Below, piece after piece: positions 39,824 through 62,292 of a stretch of DNA of 64,000 nucleotides. Source of the DNA: Eledone cirrhosa (taxonomy: Eukaryota); contig OZ024745.1 in assembly GCA_964016885.1 (NCBI GenBank), forward strand, positions 13,888,001 through 13,952,000, written 5' to 3'. Numbering within the stretch: position 1 is the first letter of the stretch; each line of letters starts with the position of its first letter. Made by a program: the position numbers and the translations under genes. The notes under the pieces are model-generated. The model saw nothing but the letters and a program-made list of their open reading frames with translations. It had not been told where the DNA came from and searched no databases.

Positions 39824-40428
39824 TACACATATATATATATATATACACACACACACATATATATATACATACACATATATATATATATACATATACACAT
39901 ATATACACATATACACATATATACACATATACACATATATACATATACACATATATATATATACACACATATATATATATACACACATATATATATATAC
40001 ACATATATATATATACACATATATATATATACACATATATATATATATATACACATATATATACACATATATATATATATATACACATATATATATATAT
40101 ATACACATATATATATATATATACACATATATATATATATATACACATATATATATATATATACACATATATATATATATACACATATATATATATATAT
40201 ACACATATATATATATATATACACATATATATATATATATACACATATATATATATATATACACATATATATATATATATACACATATATATATATATAC
40301 ACATATATATATATATACACATATATATATATATACACATATATATATATATACACATATATATATATATACACATATATATATATATACACACATATAT
40401 ATATATATACAGATATATATATATATAT

Positions 40429-40517
<89 letters not shown>

Positions 40518-40586
40518 TATATACAGACATATATATATATATATATACACATATATAGATATATACACACATATATATATATATAT

Positions 40587-40628
<42 letters not shown>

Positions 40629-40817
40629 ATATATATATATGTGTATATATATATATGTGTATATATATATATGTGTGTATATATATATGTGTATATATAT
40701 ATATATGTGTGTATATATATATATATATGTGTATATATATGTGTATATATATATATGTGTATATATATGTGTATATATATATATATATACACACATATAT
40801 ATATATACACATATATA
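39824..40817. repeat. (TA)n compound microsatellite between head-to-head RTE copies
   Basis: Visible; the interrupting motif switches between CAC and GTG. Confidence 0.95.
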
Positions 40818-43545
40818 ATTAAAATAAGACTTGTTCTAAATAGAACTACTGTGACAATAATATCTGCGTACGCGCCCCAATCCGGACTGCCTGGCGCTAT
40901 AAAAGACACTTTCTACGAGACACTGATGCTCACTACCTCCCAAATAACCGACAGTGACTATATTATTATTGCTGGCGACCTAAATGGTCACGTTGGATAA
41001 CATTGTGACGGCTATGATGGAATCCACGGAGGCTATGGGTTTGGTACTAGAAATGAGGAAGGCTCCAGAATCCTGGAATTCTGTGACGCAAATAACCTAA
41101 CAATCTGTAACACTAACTTAAAAAAACGAGACAATCACTTGATCACCTACAGATCAGGGGAACATACCAGCCAGGTAGATTATATCCTTACCAGAAGACG
41201 TGACAGAGTGTCTGTTGTAAACACCAAATCCCTCCCCCATGAAGAATGCGCCTCCCAACACAGACTGATAATTAGCGACCTCATAGTCAGGACGAGACGT
41301 ACCCGACAGCAGAAGAGGACTGTCCTCAGGAGAAAAATATGGAAGCTAAAGGACCCTACAGCCAGAAATAAATTTCAAAGCATATTACTTGATGCTTTCG
41401 ACAGTAAGGAAGAGCAATTAGAGTCGTACAATATAGAGGAACAGTGGGAATTCCTGAAAGCAAACCTGCTGATGGCGGCAGACGAAGTCTGTGGCTGGAG
41501 CAGGCCTATAAACAGGAGGAGAGTAACATGATAGTGGAACAGTAAGGTGGAGGAGTCGATTAAGGCCAAAAAGCAGGCTTGGAAAGTATGGCGGGATGGG
41601 GGAAGTAGAGAAGACTATCAAGTGGCCAGGAGGGAAGCTAGGAGACAAGTGTACTTCGCAAGAAGGGAAGCAGAGGAAAGAAAGTTCAAGCATGTTCTAC
41701 AACGCGAGGACCAAAAACGTGAGGTGTTCAGGATTGCTAGGCAATGTGTCAAGGAAAACCGTGATATTGTCGGGGAGAAGTGTGTACTAAATGATGATGG
41801 CGTACTTGCCATCACTGACGCTGATAAGAAGGTAGCTTGGAAGTGTCACTACGAAAGGCTACTAAATGAGGAGAATAAATGGGAGAAGGATAGTCTCCCC
41901 CAGATCGATTCAATAGAGGGACCAGCACTGTTAGTTGAAGGTAGTATAATAAGTAAGGCAATCAAAGATATGAAGACGGGTAAGGCGACTGGGCCTTCGG
42001 AAATAGTTGCTGAGATGCTGAAAGCCTCTGGAACGGTGGGACACACCATGGTCACCCGGATAGTAAACCAAGTCATACAGAATGGGGTTGTTCCGAAGGA
42101 CTGGCGTAGCAACATCATCATTAACTGTTACAAGGGTAAAGGAGATGCCCTAGATAGGAGTAACTATAGAGGCATTAAATTAATCGACCAGGTCATGAAG
42201 GTCACGGAAAAAGTAATAGTGCAACTAATCAGAGAGAGAATTGATCTAGATGAAATGCAGTTCGGGTTTGTGTCAGGCAGAAGTACCACAGACGCTCTTT
42301 TCATTGTACGACAACTACAGGAGAAGTACCTAGCTAAAAGTAAACCCCTATACTTAGCCTTTGTCGACTTGGAGAAAGCCTTCGACAGAGTCCCCCGTTC
42401 CATTATCTGGTGGGCTCTTAGAAAACTAGGTCTTGATGAATGGCTTGTGAGAGCTATACAAGCCATGTATAAAGAAATAGTCAGCAAGGTTAGAATTAAC
42501 AACGAATATAGTGAAGAGATTAGCGTAAAAGTTGGTGTTCATCAGGGCTCTGTTCTTAGCCCCCTACTATTTATTATTGCCCTATAGGCTATAACAGTGG
42601 AGTTCAAGACCAGCTGCCCATGGGAACTCCTATACGCAGATGATCTAACGCTCATAGCTGAATCAATGGCCGAGCTAGAGAAGAAATTCCAAACATTGAA
42701 GCACGGCCTTGAATCAAAAGGCCTTAAAATTAACCTGGCTAAGACTAAAGTTCTAGTTTGTAGGACAGAAAATAAGGCGCCGGTCCCTTCCGGGAAATGG
42801 CCATGCTCAGTGTGTAGGAAAGGCGTAGGTAGAAACTCCATTTTATGTCCCAAATGCAAAGTATGGGTGCATAAAAGATATAGTGGGATCACAGGTAAGC
42901 TAACTAAGAACATAGATTTTACATGTGGCCGGTGCTCTGGTGCAATAAGTAGCAGCAAGTGCCCACAAAATACTAGCTCTTTCAATTGCGCAGAGGGTTC
43001 TATAGAAATAGTGGACAGCTTCCGTTACCTGGGTGACAAAATCAGTAGTGGGGGAGGGTGCTCTGAAAGTACAGTAGCTAGAGTCAGAACTGGATGGAAA
43101 AAGTTCAGAGAGCTTATACCACTATTAGCCGCTAAAGGGTTCTCCCTAAAAATGAAAGGCAGGCTGTATGATGCCTGCATACGAACAGCAATGTTGCATG
43201 GCAGTGAGACCTGGGCATTGTGTGCAGAGGATATACGCAGACTAGAGAGGAACGAAGCTTGCATGCTCCGCTGGATGTGTAATAGTAATATACGTGAACG
43301 GCAAAGCATAAACGAACTAAGGGAAAAATTAGAAATAAGAGGGATCAGATGTTGTTTAGTCGAGAGAAGGCTACGTTGGTATGGTCACGTGATGCGCATG
43401 AAAGACGACAGCTGTATAAATAAGTGCAGGGCAATAAAGATAGATGGTAGCCACGGAGTAGGCAGACGCAGAAAAACCTGGGACGAGCTGATAAATTCCG
43501 ACCTCACACACTTACACCTCTCCAAGACAATGTCACTGGACCGAG
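40818..43545 (+). mobile_element. RTE-clade LINE copy C: partial APE endonuclease + RT with stops and a frameshift; 3' UTR missing
   Basis: [29 protein letters not shown], then RT motifs; stops at ~41000 and ~42587, frame break near 41530. Confidence 0.95.
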
Positions 43546-44137
43546 TGGGTTTGGACGGGAGTTTTCCCACTTGAGGCAAGAGTGGTTGTCTTGCTCGCAT
43601 AGGACTGTCTGGCGGGTTTTCTACAGTTGGATGCCCTTCCTAACACCAACCACATTTACAGTGTGGGGCTGGGATGTTTTTACCGTGTTGCCTACACGGC
43701 CACATTACAGCGTGGACTGTGTGTTTTTTTTGTCATGACACCTACACAATCTCATGTTTTTCAGCCTGGATGTTGTGGCACCAACATAACTTTACATTGA
43801 AAGGGGCGGTGTGGATGGGGTGGGGGTGGTGGGACGGGGGCGTATTTTGTTAGAGATGCTTGCTGACTGTAGTAGGTTTTACTTTGTATTTAGGTAAGGC
43901 GGGTCTTCTCTATTACTGAGTACCGCCAAAGGTCTCGGTCCAGTGACATTGTCTTGGCTACCGTCTATCTTTATTGCCCTGCACTTTGTTATACAGCTAT
44001 CGTCTTTCATGCGCATCACGTGACCATACCAACTTAGCTTTCCCTCGAGTAAACAACATCTGATCCCTCTTATTTCTAATTTTTTCCTTAGTTCGTTTAT
44101 GCTTTGCCGTTCACGTATATTATTATTACACATCCAT
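43546..44137 (-). mobile_element. RTE 3' fragment D, inverted and fused to copy C, with an internal deletion
   Basis: Matches 36163-36830 with a gap near 43957. Confidence 0.9.
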
Positions 44138-44958
<821 letters not shown>

Positions 44959-44979
44959 TGGCACGGTGGGACATATATA

Positions 44980-46947
44980 TGGCATCTGGCACGGTGGGAC
45001 ACACCATGGTCACCCGCATAGTTAACCAAGTCGTACAGAATGGGGTTGTTCCGAAGGACTGGCATAGCAGCATCATCGTTAACTGTTATAAGGGTAAAGG
45101 AGACGCCCTAGATAGGAGTAACTATAGAGGCATTAAATTAATCGACCAGGTCATGAAGGTCACGGAAAAAGTAATAGCGCAACTAATCAGAGAGAGAATT
45201 GACCTAGATGAAATGCAGTTCGGGTTTGTGTCAGGCAAAAGTACCACAGACGCTCTTTTCATAGTACGACAACTACAGGAGAAGTACCTAGCTAAAGGTA
45301 AACCCCTCTACTTAGCTTTTGTCGACTTGGAGAAAGCCTTCGACAGAGTCCCCCGCTCCATTATCTGGTGGGCTCTTAGAAAACTAGGCGTTGACGAATG
45401 GCTTGTGAGGGCTATACAAGCCATGTATAAAGAAACAGTCAGCAAGGTTAGAATTAACAACGAATATAGTGAAGAGTTTAGCGTAAAAGTTGGCGTCCAT
45501 CAGGGCTCTGTTCTCAGTCCACTACTATTTATTATTGCCCTTCAGGCTATAACAGAGGAGTTCAAGACAGGCTGCCCATGGGAACTCCTATACGCAGACG
45601 ACCTGACACTCATAGCGGAATCAATGGCCGAGCTAGAGAAGAAATTCCAAACATGGAAGCACGGCCTAGAGTCAAAAGGACTTAAAATTAACCTGGCTAA
45701 GACCAAAGTACTAGTTTGTAGGAAAGAAAACAAGGCGGCGGTCCCTTCTGGGAAATGGTCGTGCTCGGTGTGTAGGAAAGGCGTAGGTAGAAACTCCATT
45801 TTATGTCCTAAATGCAAAGTATGGGTGCATAAAAGATGTAGTGGGATCACAGGTAAGCTAACTAAGAACATAGATTTTACATGTGGCCGGTGCTCTGGTG
45901 CAATAAGTAGCAGCAAGTGCCCACAAACTACTAGCTCTTTCAATTGCGCAGAGGGTTCTATAGAAATAGTGGACAGCTTCCGTTACCTGGGCGATAAAAT
46001 CAGCAGTGGGGGAGGGTGCTCTGAAAGTACTGTAGCTAGAGTCAGAACGGGTTGGAAAAAGTTCAGAGAGCTTATACCACTATTAGCTGCTAAAGGGTTC
46101 TCACTAAAAATGAAAGGCAGGTTGTACGATGCCTGCATACGAACAGCAATGCTGCATGGCAGTGAGACCTGGGCATTGTGTGCAGAGGATATACGCAGAC
46201 TAGAGAGGAACGAAGCTTGCATGCTCCGCTGGATGTGTAACAGTAATATACGTGAACGGCAAAGCATAAACGAACTAAGGAAAAAATTAGAGATAAGAGG
46301 GATCAGATGTTGTTTACTCGAGAGAAGGCTACGTTGGTATGGACACGTGATGCGCATGAAAGTCGATAGCTGTATAACAAAGTGCAGGGCAATAAAGATA
46401 GACGGTAGTCACGGAATAGGCAGACCTAGAAAAACCTGGGACGAGCTGATAAACTCCGACATCACACACTTACACCTCTCCAAGACAATGTCACTGGACC
46501 GAGACCTTTGGCGGTACTCAGTAACAGAGAAGACCCGCCTTACCTAAATATATAGTAAAACCTACTCCAGCCAGTAGGCATCTCTAACAAAATACACCCC
46601 GTCCCACCACCACCACCCCCACCCGATCCACACCACCCCGTTCTATGTAAAGTTATGTTGGTGCCGCGCCATCGAGGCCGAAACAAATGAGATCGTGTAG
46701 GTGTCACGACAAAAAAACACACAGTCCACGCTGTAATGTGGCCGTGTAGGCAACACGGTAAAAACCTCCCAGACCCACACTGTAAATGTGGTTGGTGTTA
46801 GGAAGGGCATCCAACTGTAGAAAACCTGCCAGACAGTCCTATGCGAGCAAGACAATCACTCTTGCCTCAAGTGGGACTACCCCCGTCCAAACCCATGCAA
46901 GCGTGGAACACGGACGTTAAACGTTGATGATGATGATGATGATGATG
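44980..46947 (+). mobile_element. RTE-clade LINE copy E, 5'-truncated, ORF open to its stop at 46547, (GAT)n tail
   Basis: RT motifs; near-identical inverted partner of copy A. Confidence 0.95.
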
Positions 46948-47053
46948 ATATATATACACATATATACACAGATGTATATATATACATATATATATATATA
47001 CATATCGAATAAGGAAAAGCGAAGTAGTTTCAGATGTTCAAGTCCTTAAATAA

Positions 47054-47238
47054 TAATTGTTTCTACTTTAGGCACAAGGCCAGCAATTACCCAGTGCATT
47101 ACTGGTACTTTATTTTATCGACCCCGTAAGGATGAAAGGCAAAGTCAACCTCGGCGGGATTTGAACTCGGATTGTAAAGGGACGTAACTATGCTGGAAAG
47201 CATGGCGTCCGACTCTCTACCGATACTGCCAATCCACC
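47054..47238 (-). mobile_element. tRNA-derived SINE, family A
   Basis: Matches 1508-1699. Confidence 0.85.
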
Positions 47239-47369
47239 ATCCTATTCAAGTCCTTTAATAATAATGCTGTGATATATATTCGTTTTTCCTTATTCGATAT
47301 TTACTCCGTCACTCCTATGTGGAAAAAGTACGTTGAGTGCTTGAATTGAATTGCAGCAATGTTTACCCT

Positions 47370-47697
47370 AATATATATATACATATATATATATATATAC
47401 ACATATATATACATATATATACATACATATATATACATATATACACATATATACATACATATATATACATATATACATATATATACATACATATATATAC
47501 ATATATACATATATATACATACATATATATACATATATATACATATATATATATATACACATATATATACATATATATATATATACACATATATATACAT
47601 ATATATATATATATACATATATATACATACATATACATATATATACATATATATATATACATATATACATATATACATATATATATATATACATATA

Positions 47698-47765
<68 letters not shown>

Positions 47766-48989
47766 CATATATATACATATATATATATATACATATATAT
47801 ACATATATATATATACATATATATACATATACATATACACATATACATATATATATACACATATATATATACACATATATATATACACATATATATATAC
47901 ACATATATATATATACATATATATATATACACATATATATATACACATATATATATACATATATATATATACATATATATATACATATATATATACATAT
48001 ATATATACATATATATATACATATATATATATACATATATATATACATATATATATATACATATATATATATACATATATATATATACATATATATATAT
48101 ACATATATATATATACATATATATATACATATATATATATACATATATATATACATATATATATATACATATATATATATACATATATATATATACATAT
48201 ATATATATACATATATATATATACATATATATATATACATATATATACATATATATATATACATATATATATATACATATATATATATACATATATATAT
48301 ATACATATATATATACATATATATATACATATATATATACATATATATATACATATATATATACATATATATATACATATATATATACATATATATATAC
48401 ATATATATATACATATATATATACATATATATATACATATATATATACATATATATATACATATATATATACATATACATATATATATACATATACATAT
48501 ATATATACATATACATATATATATACATATATATATACATATATATATACATATACATATATATATACATATATATATACATATATATATACATATATAT
48601 ATACATATATATATACATATATATATATATACATATACATATATATATACATATATATATACATATATATATACATATACATATATATATACATATATAT
48701 ATACATATATATATACATATATATATACATATATATATACATATATATATATATACATATACATATATATATACATATATATATACATATATATATACAT
48801 ATATATATACATATACATATATATATATATACATATATATATACATATATATATACATATATATATACATATATATATACATATATATACATATATATAT
48901 ACATATATATACATATATATACATATATATATACATATATATATACATATATATATACATATATATATACATATATATATACATATATA

Positions 48990-49051
<62 letters not shown>

Positions 49052-49206
49052 TATATATATATATATACATATATATATACATATATATATACATATATAT
49101 ATACATATATATATACATATATATATACATATATATACATATACATATATATATATATACATATACATATATATACATATACATATATATATACATATAT
49201 ATATAC

Positions 49207-49237
<31 letters not shown>

Positions 49238-49250
49238 CATATATATATAC

Positions 49251-49281
<31 letters not shown>

Positions 49282-49354
49282 CATATATATATACATATAT
49301 ATATATACATATATATATACATATATATATATACATATATACATATATATATAC

Positions 49355-49387
<33 letters not shown>

Positions 49388-49531
49388 CATATATACATAT
49401 ATATATATATATACATATATATATACATATATATATACATATACATATATATATACATATATATATACATATATATATACATATATATATACATATATAT
49501 ATACATATATATATATACATATATATATATA
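47370..49531. repeat. (TA)n/(TACA) microsatellite, ~2.2 kb
   Basis: Visible. Confidence 0.97.
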
Positions 49532-49869
49532 TGGTGGCTGCCAACTCGTTTTCGAGTACGGCCACTACTTTATATCCATGTAGGAGAACCCCTACCGAAG
49601 CGCTGCATGAGTGTGACTTTTTAGTCCAGCCAGCGACTTGAAAACTCTGGTACAAACACTACACTTGTGACAATTATTGACACATAGTGCTGGGCCCATG
49701 GTACCATGTGAGGACAAGTGCAGAGAGATCTCCAGATATAAAGCAATGCCTGTGCCGTGAAGCTTTTATAGTGAGCAAAGGCACTGCACAAAGCCAGTCC
49801 CACTCTCTTAACCAAGATGATATTTACCAAAAAGAAGAACAAGTCAACATCATTGGATACCATCAAGGT

Positions 49870-50142
49870 TGCAGGTGTTATATCAGAGTTTTCCTTCTCC
49901 TAGAATTCTGCCTTGACAAAGGCTAAGGGGTCATCTCTCCCGGTGATTTTGGATGGCCATTGACTCTTAAGAGCTCCTTTGCCCTTTGACAGGTTTTGTT
50001 TTTAGTCCTGCAGGATGTCCAAAGTCACCCTCCTCACCAAGAAACCTTGGTGGGGTTGCCAGTTTAGTCGCCAACGACCCGACCATGAGACAGGTTGTAC
50101 TGGGATACATGTTACCAGTAGCACCAACTGGTGACCTGACAT
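49870..50142 (-). mobile_element. Dispersed repeat resembling a non-LTR retrotransposon 5' UTR
   Basis: 50050-50142 is similar to 31830-31920; ctaggagaaggaaaactctgatat motif; family assignment is from recall only. Confidence 0.4.
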
Positions 50143-50305
50143 CATATATATATATATATACATATATATATACATACATATATATATACATATATATATA
50201 TACATATATATATATACATATATATATACATATATATATATACATATATATATATACATATATATATACATATATATATACATATATATATACATATATA
50301 TATAC

Positions 50306-50424
<119 letters not shown>

Positions 50425-50440
50425 TATATACATATATATA

Positions 50441-51715
50441 ACTTTGAAATGTTTTGGCCAGTATTGGCCCAGGCCATGTCTAACTTAATAGCACCACCTG
50501 GCGAAGTCTTTCAATTCAGGATTTGGGCGATTTGGGCACCATGGCCCATTCGAGAAGAGAATTACTGTTTGCGGAGACATATCCGGGTGTGGGTGGTTTG
50601 TCCGGGATTACTTGGAGGAATTTGTCCAAAGACTTCTTGAATTTTGTGTGGTCAGTTTCTGTTTTGACGTGTCCTGGTGTGATGTTGAAGAGAGCAGGGC
50701 CGATTGAGGTGAAATAATTGTGCCGTATTGTTGTTATGAGTTGCGATTTAGATTTTTGAATGGGACGGATAGCACGGGGCCCAAGCCTTGGGTGTATCTT
50801 GAAGGCGATGCCAACATCATTTGGGCAGTGATGATGGAACATTTTCCACATCATGCAGATAATATAACGCTCACGGCGACGTTGGAGTGAGTAAAGTTTC
50901 AGGTTTTCTAATCGACCCCAGTAGTCAAGGTCTGACATGCCATCTATCTTTTTCGTGATTGCCCTTTGAGGAGCTTCAAGTTTCATGATACTTTGTTTCG
51001 TGTGGGGAGACCACAGTGGACAACAGTATTCAAGGTGTGGTCGGGCAAAAGTAGAGAAGAGAAGGATAATGGTGCGGGAATCTCTCGACTGGAAGGTTCT
51101 GAGGATCCAGGAACACATTCTGCGGGCCATGTCAACTTTGCTGCTTATATGCGTGGTCCAGCTTATGTTGCTGTCCACGGTTACTCCCAAGTCTCTGATG
51201 TTGTTAGATGCCACGAGAGTTTCCCCGGAGGGAAGGGAGTACGGGAGTTTCAGAGCATCCTCTTTTCCAAAGTGGATCAGTTCGAATTTGTCTTCGTTCA
51301 GTAACATGTTGTTCTTTTCTGCCCATTGGGTAACAGCCAGTAGGTCTGACTGAAGGCTTATCCGGTCATCCACGCCATTGATGACCTTTTGGAGCTGGGA
51401 ATCATCAGCGAAAATTTTAATGTTGCTGTGTTTGATGATGTCAGTGATGTCATTAATATAGATGATGAAGAGAAGTGGGCCCAACACAGTGCCTTGTGGG
51501 ACCCCACTACTGACTTTGGCTGGGCTTGATTTGACTCCCTCAACTACAACATGTTGGGTTCTGTTTGACAGGAAGCTCTTGATCCACTGCAGCAGCTTTC
51601 CAGTGACACCAATATTGGACAGCTTTCTCAGTAGAATGTTATGATCAACCCTGTCAAAGGCCTTGCTGAAATCAAGGTATACAGAATATTTTCGAATATT
51701 CTATGTCTATCTTCG
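50441..51715 (-). mobile_element. 5'-truncated CR1-like (CR1/L2/Jockey group) LINE, RT C-terminal ORF open
   Basis: [46 protein letters not shown]; flanked by (TA)n. Confidence 0.92.
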
Positions 51716-54030
<2,315 letters not shown>

Positions 54031-54230
54031 NNNNNNNNNNNNNNNNNNNNNNNNNNNNNNNNNNNNNNNNNNNNNNNNNNNNNNNNNNNNNNNNNNNNNN
54101 NNNNNNNNNNNNNNNNNNNNNNNNNNNNNNNNNNNNNNNNNNNNNNNNNNNNNNNNNNNNNNNNNNNNNNNNNNNNNNNNNNNNNNNNNNNNNNNNNNNN
54201 NNNNNNNNNNNNNNNNNNNNNNNNNNNNNN
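54031..54230. other. Assembly gap (200 N)
   Basis: N run. Confidence 1.
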
Positions 54231-55045
54231 CAGGTTTTCTAATCGACCCCAGTAGTCAAGGTCTGACATGCCATCTATCTTTTTCGTGATTGCCCTTTGA
54301 GGAGCTTCAAGTTTCATGATACTTTGTTTCGTGTGGGGAGACCACAGTGAGCAACAGTATTCAAGGTGTGGTCGGGCAAAAGTAGAGAAGAGAAGGATAA
54401 TGGTGCGGGAATCTCTCGACTGGAAGGTTCTGAGGATCCAGGAACACATTCTGCGGGCCATGTCAACTTTGCTGCTTATATGCGTGGTCCAGCTTATGTT
54501 GCTGTCCACGGTTACTCCCAAGTCTCTGATGTTGTTAGATGCCACGAGAGTTTCCCCGGAGGGAAGGGAGTACGGGAGTTTCAGAGCATCCTCTTTTCCA
54601 AAGTGGATCAGTTCGAATTTGTCTTCGTTCAGTAACATGTTGTTCTTTTCTGCCCATTGGGTAACAGCCAGTAGGTCTGACTGAAGGCTTATCCGGTCAT
54701 CCACGCCATTGATGACCTTTTGGAGCTGGGAATCATCAGCGAAAATTTTAATGTTGCTGTGTTTGATGATGTCAGTGATGTCATTAATATAGATGATGAA
54801 GAGAAGTGGGCCCAACACAGTGCCTTGTGGACCCCACTACTGACTTTGGCTGGGCTTGATTTGACTCCCTCAACTACAACATGTTGGGTTCTGTTTGACA
54901 GGAAGCTCTTGATCCACTGCAGCAGCTTTCCAGTGACACCAATATTGGACAGCTTTCTCAGTAGAATGTTATGATCAACCCTGTCAAAGGCCTTGCTGAA
55001 ATCAAGGTATACAGAATATTTTCGAATATTCTATGTCTATCTTCG
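54231..55045 (-). mobile_element. Second, near-identical copy of the CR1-like fragment (equivalent to 50900-51715)
   Basis: Same sequence and same 5' truncation point (...ctatcttcg then TA). Confidence 0.92.
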
Positions 55046-55277
55046 TATATATATATATATATTTCGTTTCTGAATTTGTTTAGCAAGATTCTTTATCTGA
55101 AATCGTGTGTTGAAACCGATATTGTTATACTTTGGGAGGGTCATGTTGCCAATAAGAAACACACGCACCAGTTGCTTTCACTTCAATTTAATTTAATATA
55201 TATTTATAAATTTACAAATTTATAAATTTCTGGTTGGTTGGTTGGTTCCACAATCAGATAGTTGTTTATATATATAT

Positions 55278-55322
55278 AGTCATAGTTCTTTCGTCACACA
55301 CTCTGTGACCTCTTCAGTGACT
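55278..55322 (-). ncRNA. Minimal type I hammerhead motif
   Basis: Inverted copy of 56129-56173. Confidence 0.5.
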
Positions 55323-56128
55323 GGGGATTTCTTTCTTCGTTTCTGTGCCTTTCCTTTCTTCTATCCTACGCCATTTTGTTTGTGTGTGGGTTGCGTGCTC
55401 AGTTTGCGCATGCGCCACATCCGGGTGTCTGTGTGTGTTTGTGTTCATTTTTCTATTTTTCTATTTTTATATTTATATTTGTTTGTTTATTTATTTATTT
55501 ATTGTTGGTTGGTTGTTTGTTCTATGTGTGTGTGTGTTTTCATTTTGTCTTGTGTGTGTTTTCATTTTGTGTGTGTTTTCAATTGTAAGTTGTTTATATA
55601 TGTGTGTGTGTGTTTTCATTTTGTCCTTAATTGTAAGTTGTGATGTTGCTGTTCCACTCATATTTTCTATTTAATTTTGGTTTTAATTCTTTTATGCTTA
55701 CTGCCTCTGTAATTTGCCTAAAGATTACAGATTACAGATTACAGAGGCAGTAAGCATAAAAGAATTAAAACCAAAATTAAATAGAAAATATGAGTGGAAC
55801 AGCAACATCACAACTTACAATTAAGGACAAAATGAAAACACACACACACATATATAAACAACTTACAATTGAAAACACACACAAAATGAAAACACACACA
55901 AGACAAAATGAAAACACACACACACATAGAACAAACAACCAACCAACAATAAATAAATAAATAAACAAACAAATATAAATATAAAAATAGAAAAATAGAA
56001 AAATGAACACAAACACACACAGACACCCGGATGTGGCGCATGCGCAAACTGAGCACGCAACCCACACACAAACAAAATGGCGTAGGATAGAAGAAAGGAA
56101 AGGCACAGAAACGAAGAAAGAAATCCCC

Positions 56129-56173
56129 AGTCACTGAAGAGGTCACAGAGTGTGTGACGAAAGAACTATGACT
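56129..56173 (+). ncRNA. Minimal type I hammerhead motif
   Basis: AGTCA-CTGAAGA-g-GTCAC-agagtgt-GTGAC-GAAA-gaac-TA-TGACT. Confidence 0.5.
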
Positions 56174-56332
56174 ATATATATATAAACAACTATCTGGTTG
56201 TGGAACCAACCAACCAACCAGAAATTTATAAATTTGTAAATTTATAAATATATATTAAATTAAATTGAAGTGAAAGCAACTGGTGCGTGTGTTTCTTATT
56301 GGCAACATGACCCTCCCAAAGTATAACAATAT

Positions 56333-58740
<2,408 letters not shown>

Positions 58741-59241
58741 CATATGTGGATGTACATTTTTAACTTAATTGTTTAAGCGTCAGTCATACAAAAGTGAGTT
58801 ACAAACGAAACGAAATTTAATTTCGTTTCGTTATTTGTTTTTATCGTCTCCGTTGAACCGGTACGTACTCACACTCTATGCAAATTGGTCTGCCCACTAC
58901 TAATTTTCATAGAAAAAGCATATAACGATATGTGCTTTTACGATTCTCTAGAGAGGCCGGAAGATAGGTAAATATTGCTGATGAGATGTAACAACATCGA
59001 AACTAGTTCAATATTCCTTGTCTGGCTTTCTGGAGAATAGAGGAAAGGTGTTTCCTCAAAAACCAGTATGACTCTAAAAACCGGTTTGTCTGTGTGTTTA
59101 CATACAGAATAGCTGGACACTCACAGTAAAGTGACCAGTGAAAAACTCGGTACATCTACATATGTATACGTGTGTGTATTCATATGCATACTAGTATTTC
59201 AGTATACATATGTGGATGTACATTTTTAACTTAATTGTTTA
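58741..59241 (+). mobile_element. 466-bp non-coding unit with a 35-bp terminal direct repeat and a central hammerhead; retrozyme/pLTR-like
   Basis: catatgtggatgtacatttttaacttaattgttta at 58741 and 59207; embedded in (TA)n. Confidence 0.7.
58971..59015 (+). ncRNA. Intact minimal type I hammerhead ribozyme motif
   Basis: AATATTG-CTGATGA-GATGT-aaca-ACATC-GAAAC-ta-GTT-CAATATT; 7-bp stem I, 5-bp stem II, palindromic stem III. Confidence 0.85.
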
Positions 59242-62045
<2,804 letters not shown>

Positions 62046-62089
62046 TGTTTATACTCAGAAAACAATGTACATCTAATATATATAGAGAG

Positions 62090-62292
62090 GTGTTTATGCT
62101 CAGAAAAGAATCTACACCTCCATGCTTCCTGAGATTCGCCAACACTACACCTAATATTCCCCCTCCATACACATACACACATGTACATCATGACTCTTAC
62201 ACTATTCACTTCCCTGACATTTGTACATTATTGTATGTACTATACATGCACCTGAGCACTGTACACAATAATTTCATTATTATTATTATTAT
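62090..62292 (+). mobile_element. 3' end fragment of the CR1-like LINE family seen at 8395-9432
   Basis: cctccatgcttcctgagat...cacttccctgacatttgt...gcacctgagcactgtacacaataatttc(att)n. Confidence 0.75.

Larger units (their letters stand above)
55119..56332. mobile_element. 1.2-kb palindrome (~595-bp arms) with a hammerhead motif in each arm; pLTR-like
   Basis: 55119-55713 is the reverse complement of 55737-56332; mirrored ORFs in the track confirm it. Confidence 0.85.

Noticed and set aside
55242-56209. Mirrored hydrophobic ORFs as membrane proteins
   Set aside because: GT-rich low-complexity translation duplicated by the palindrome
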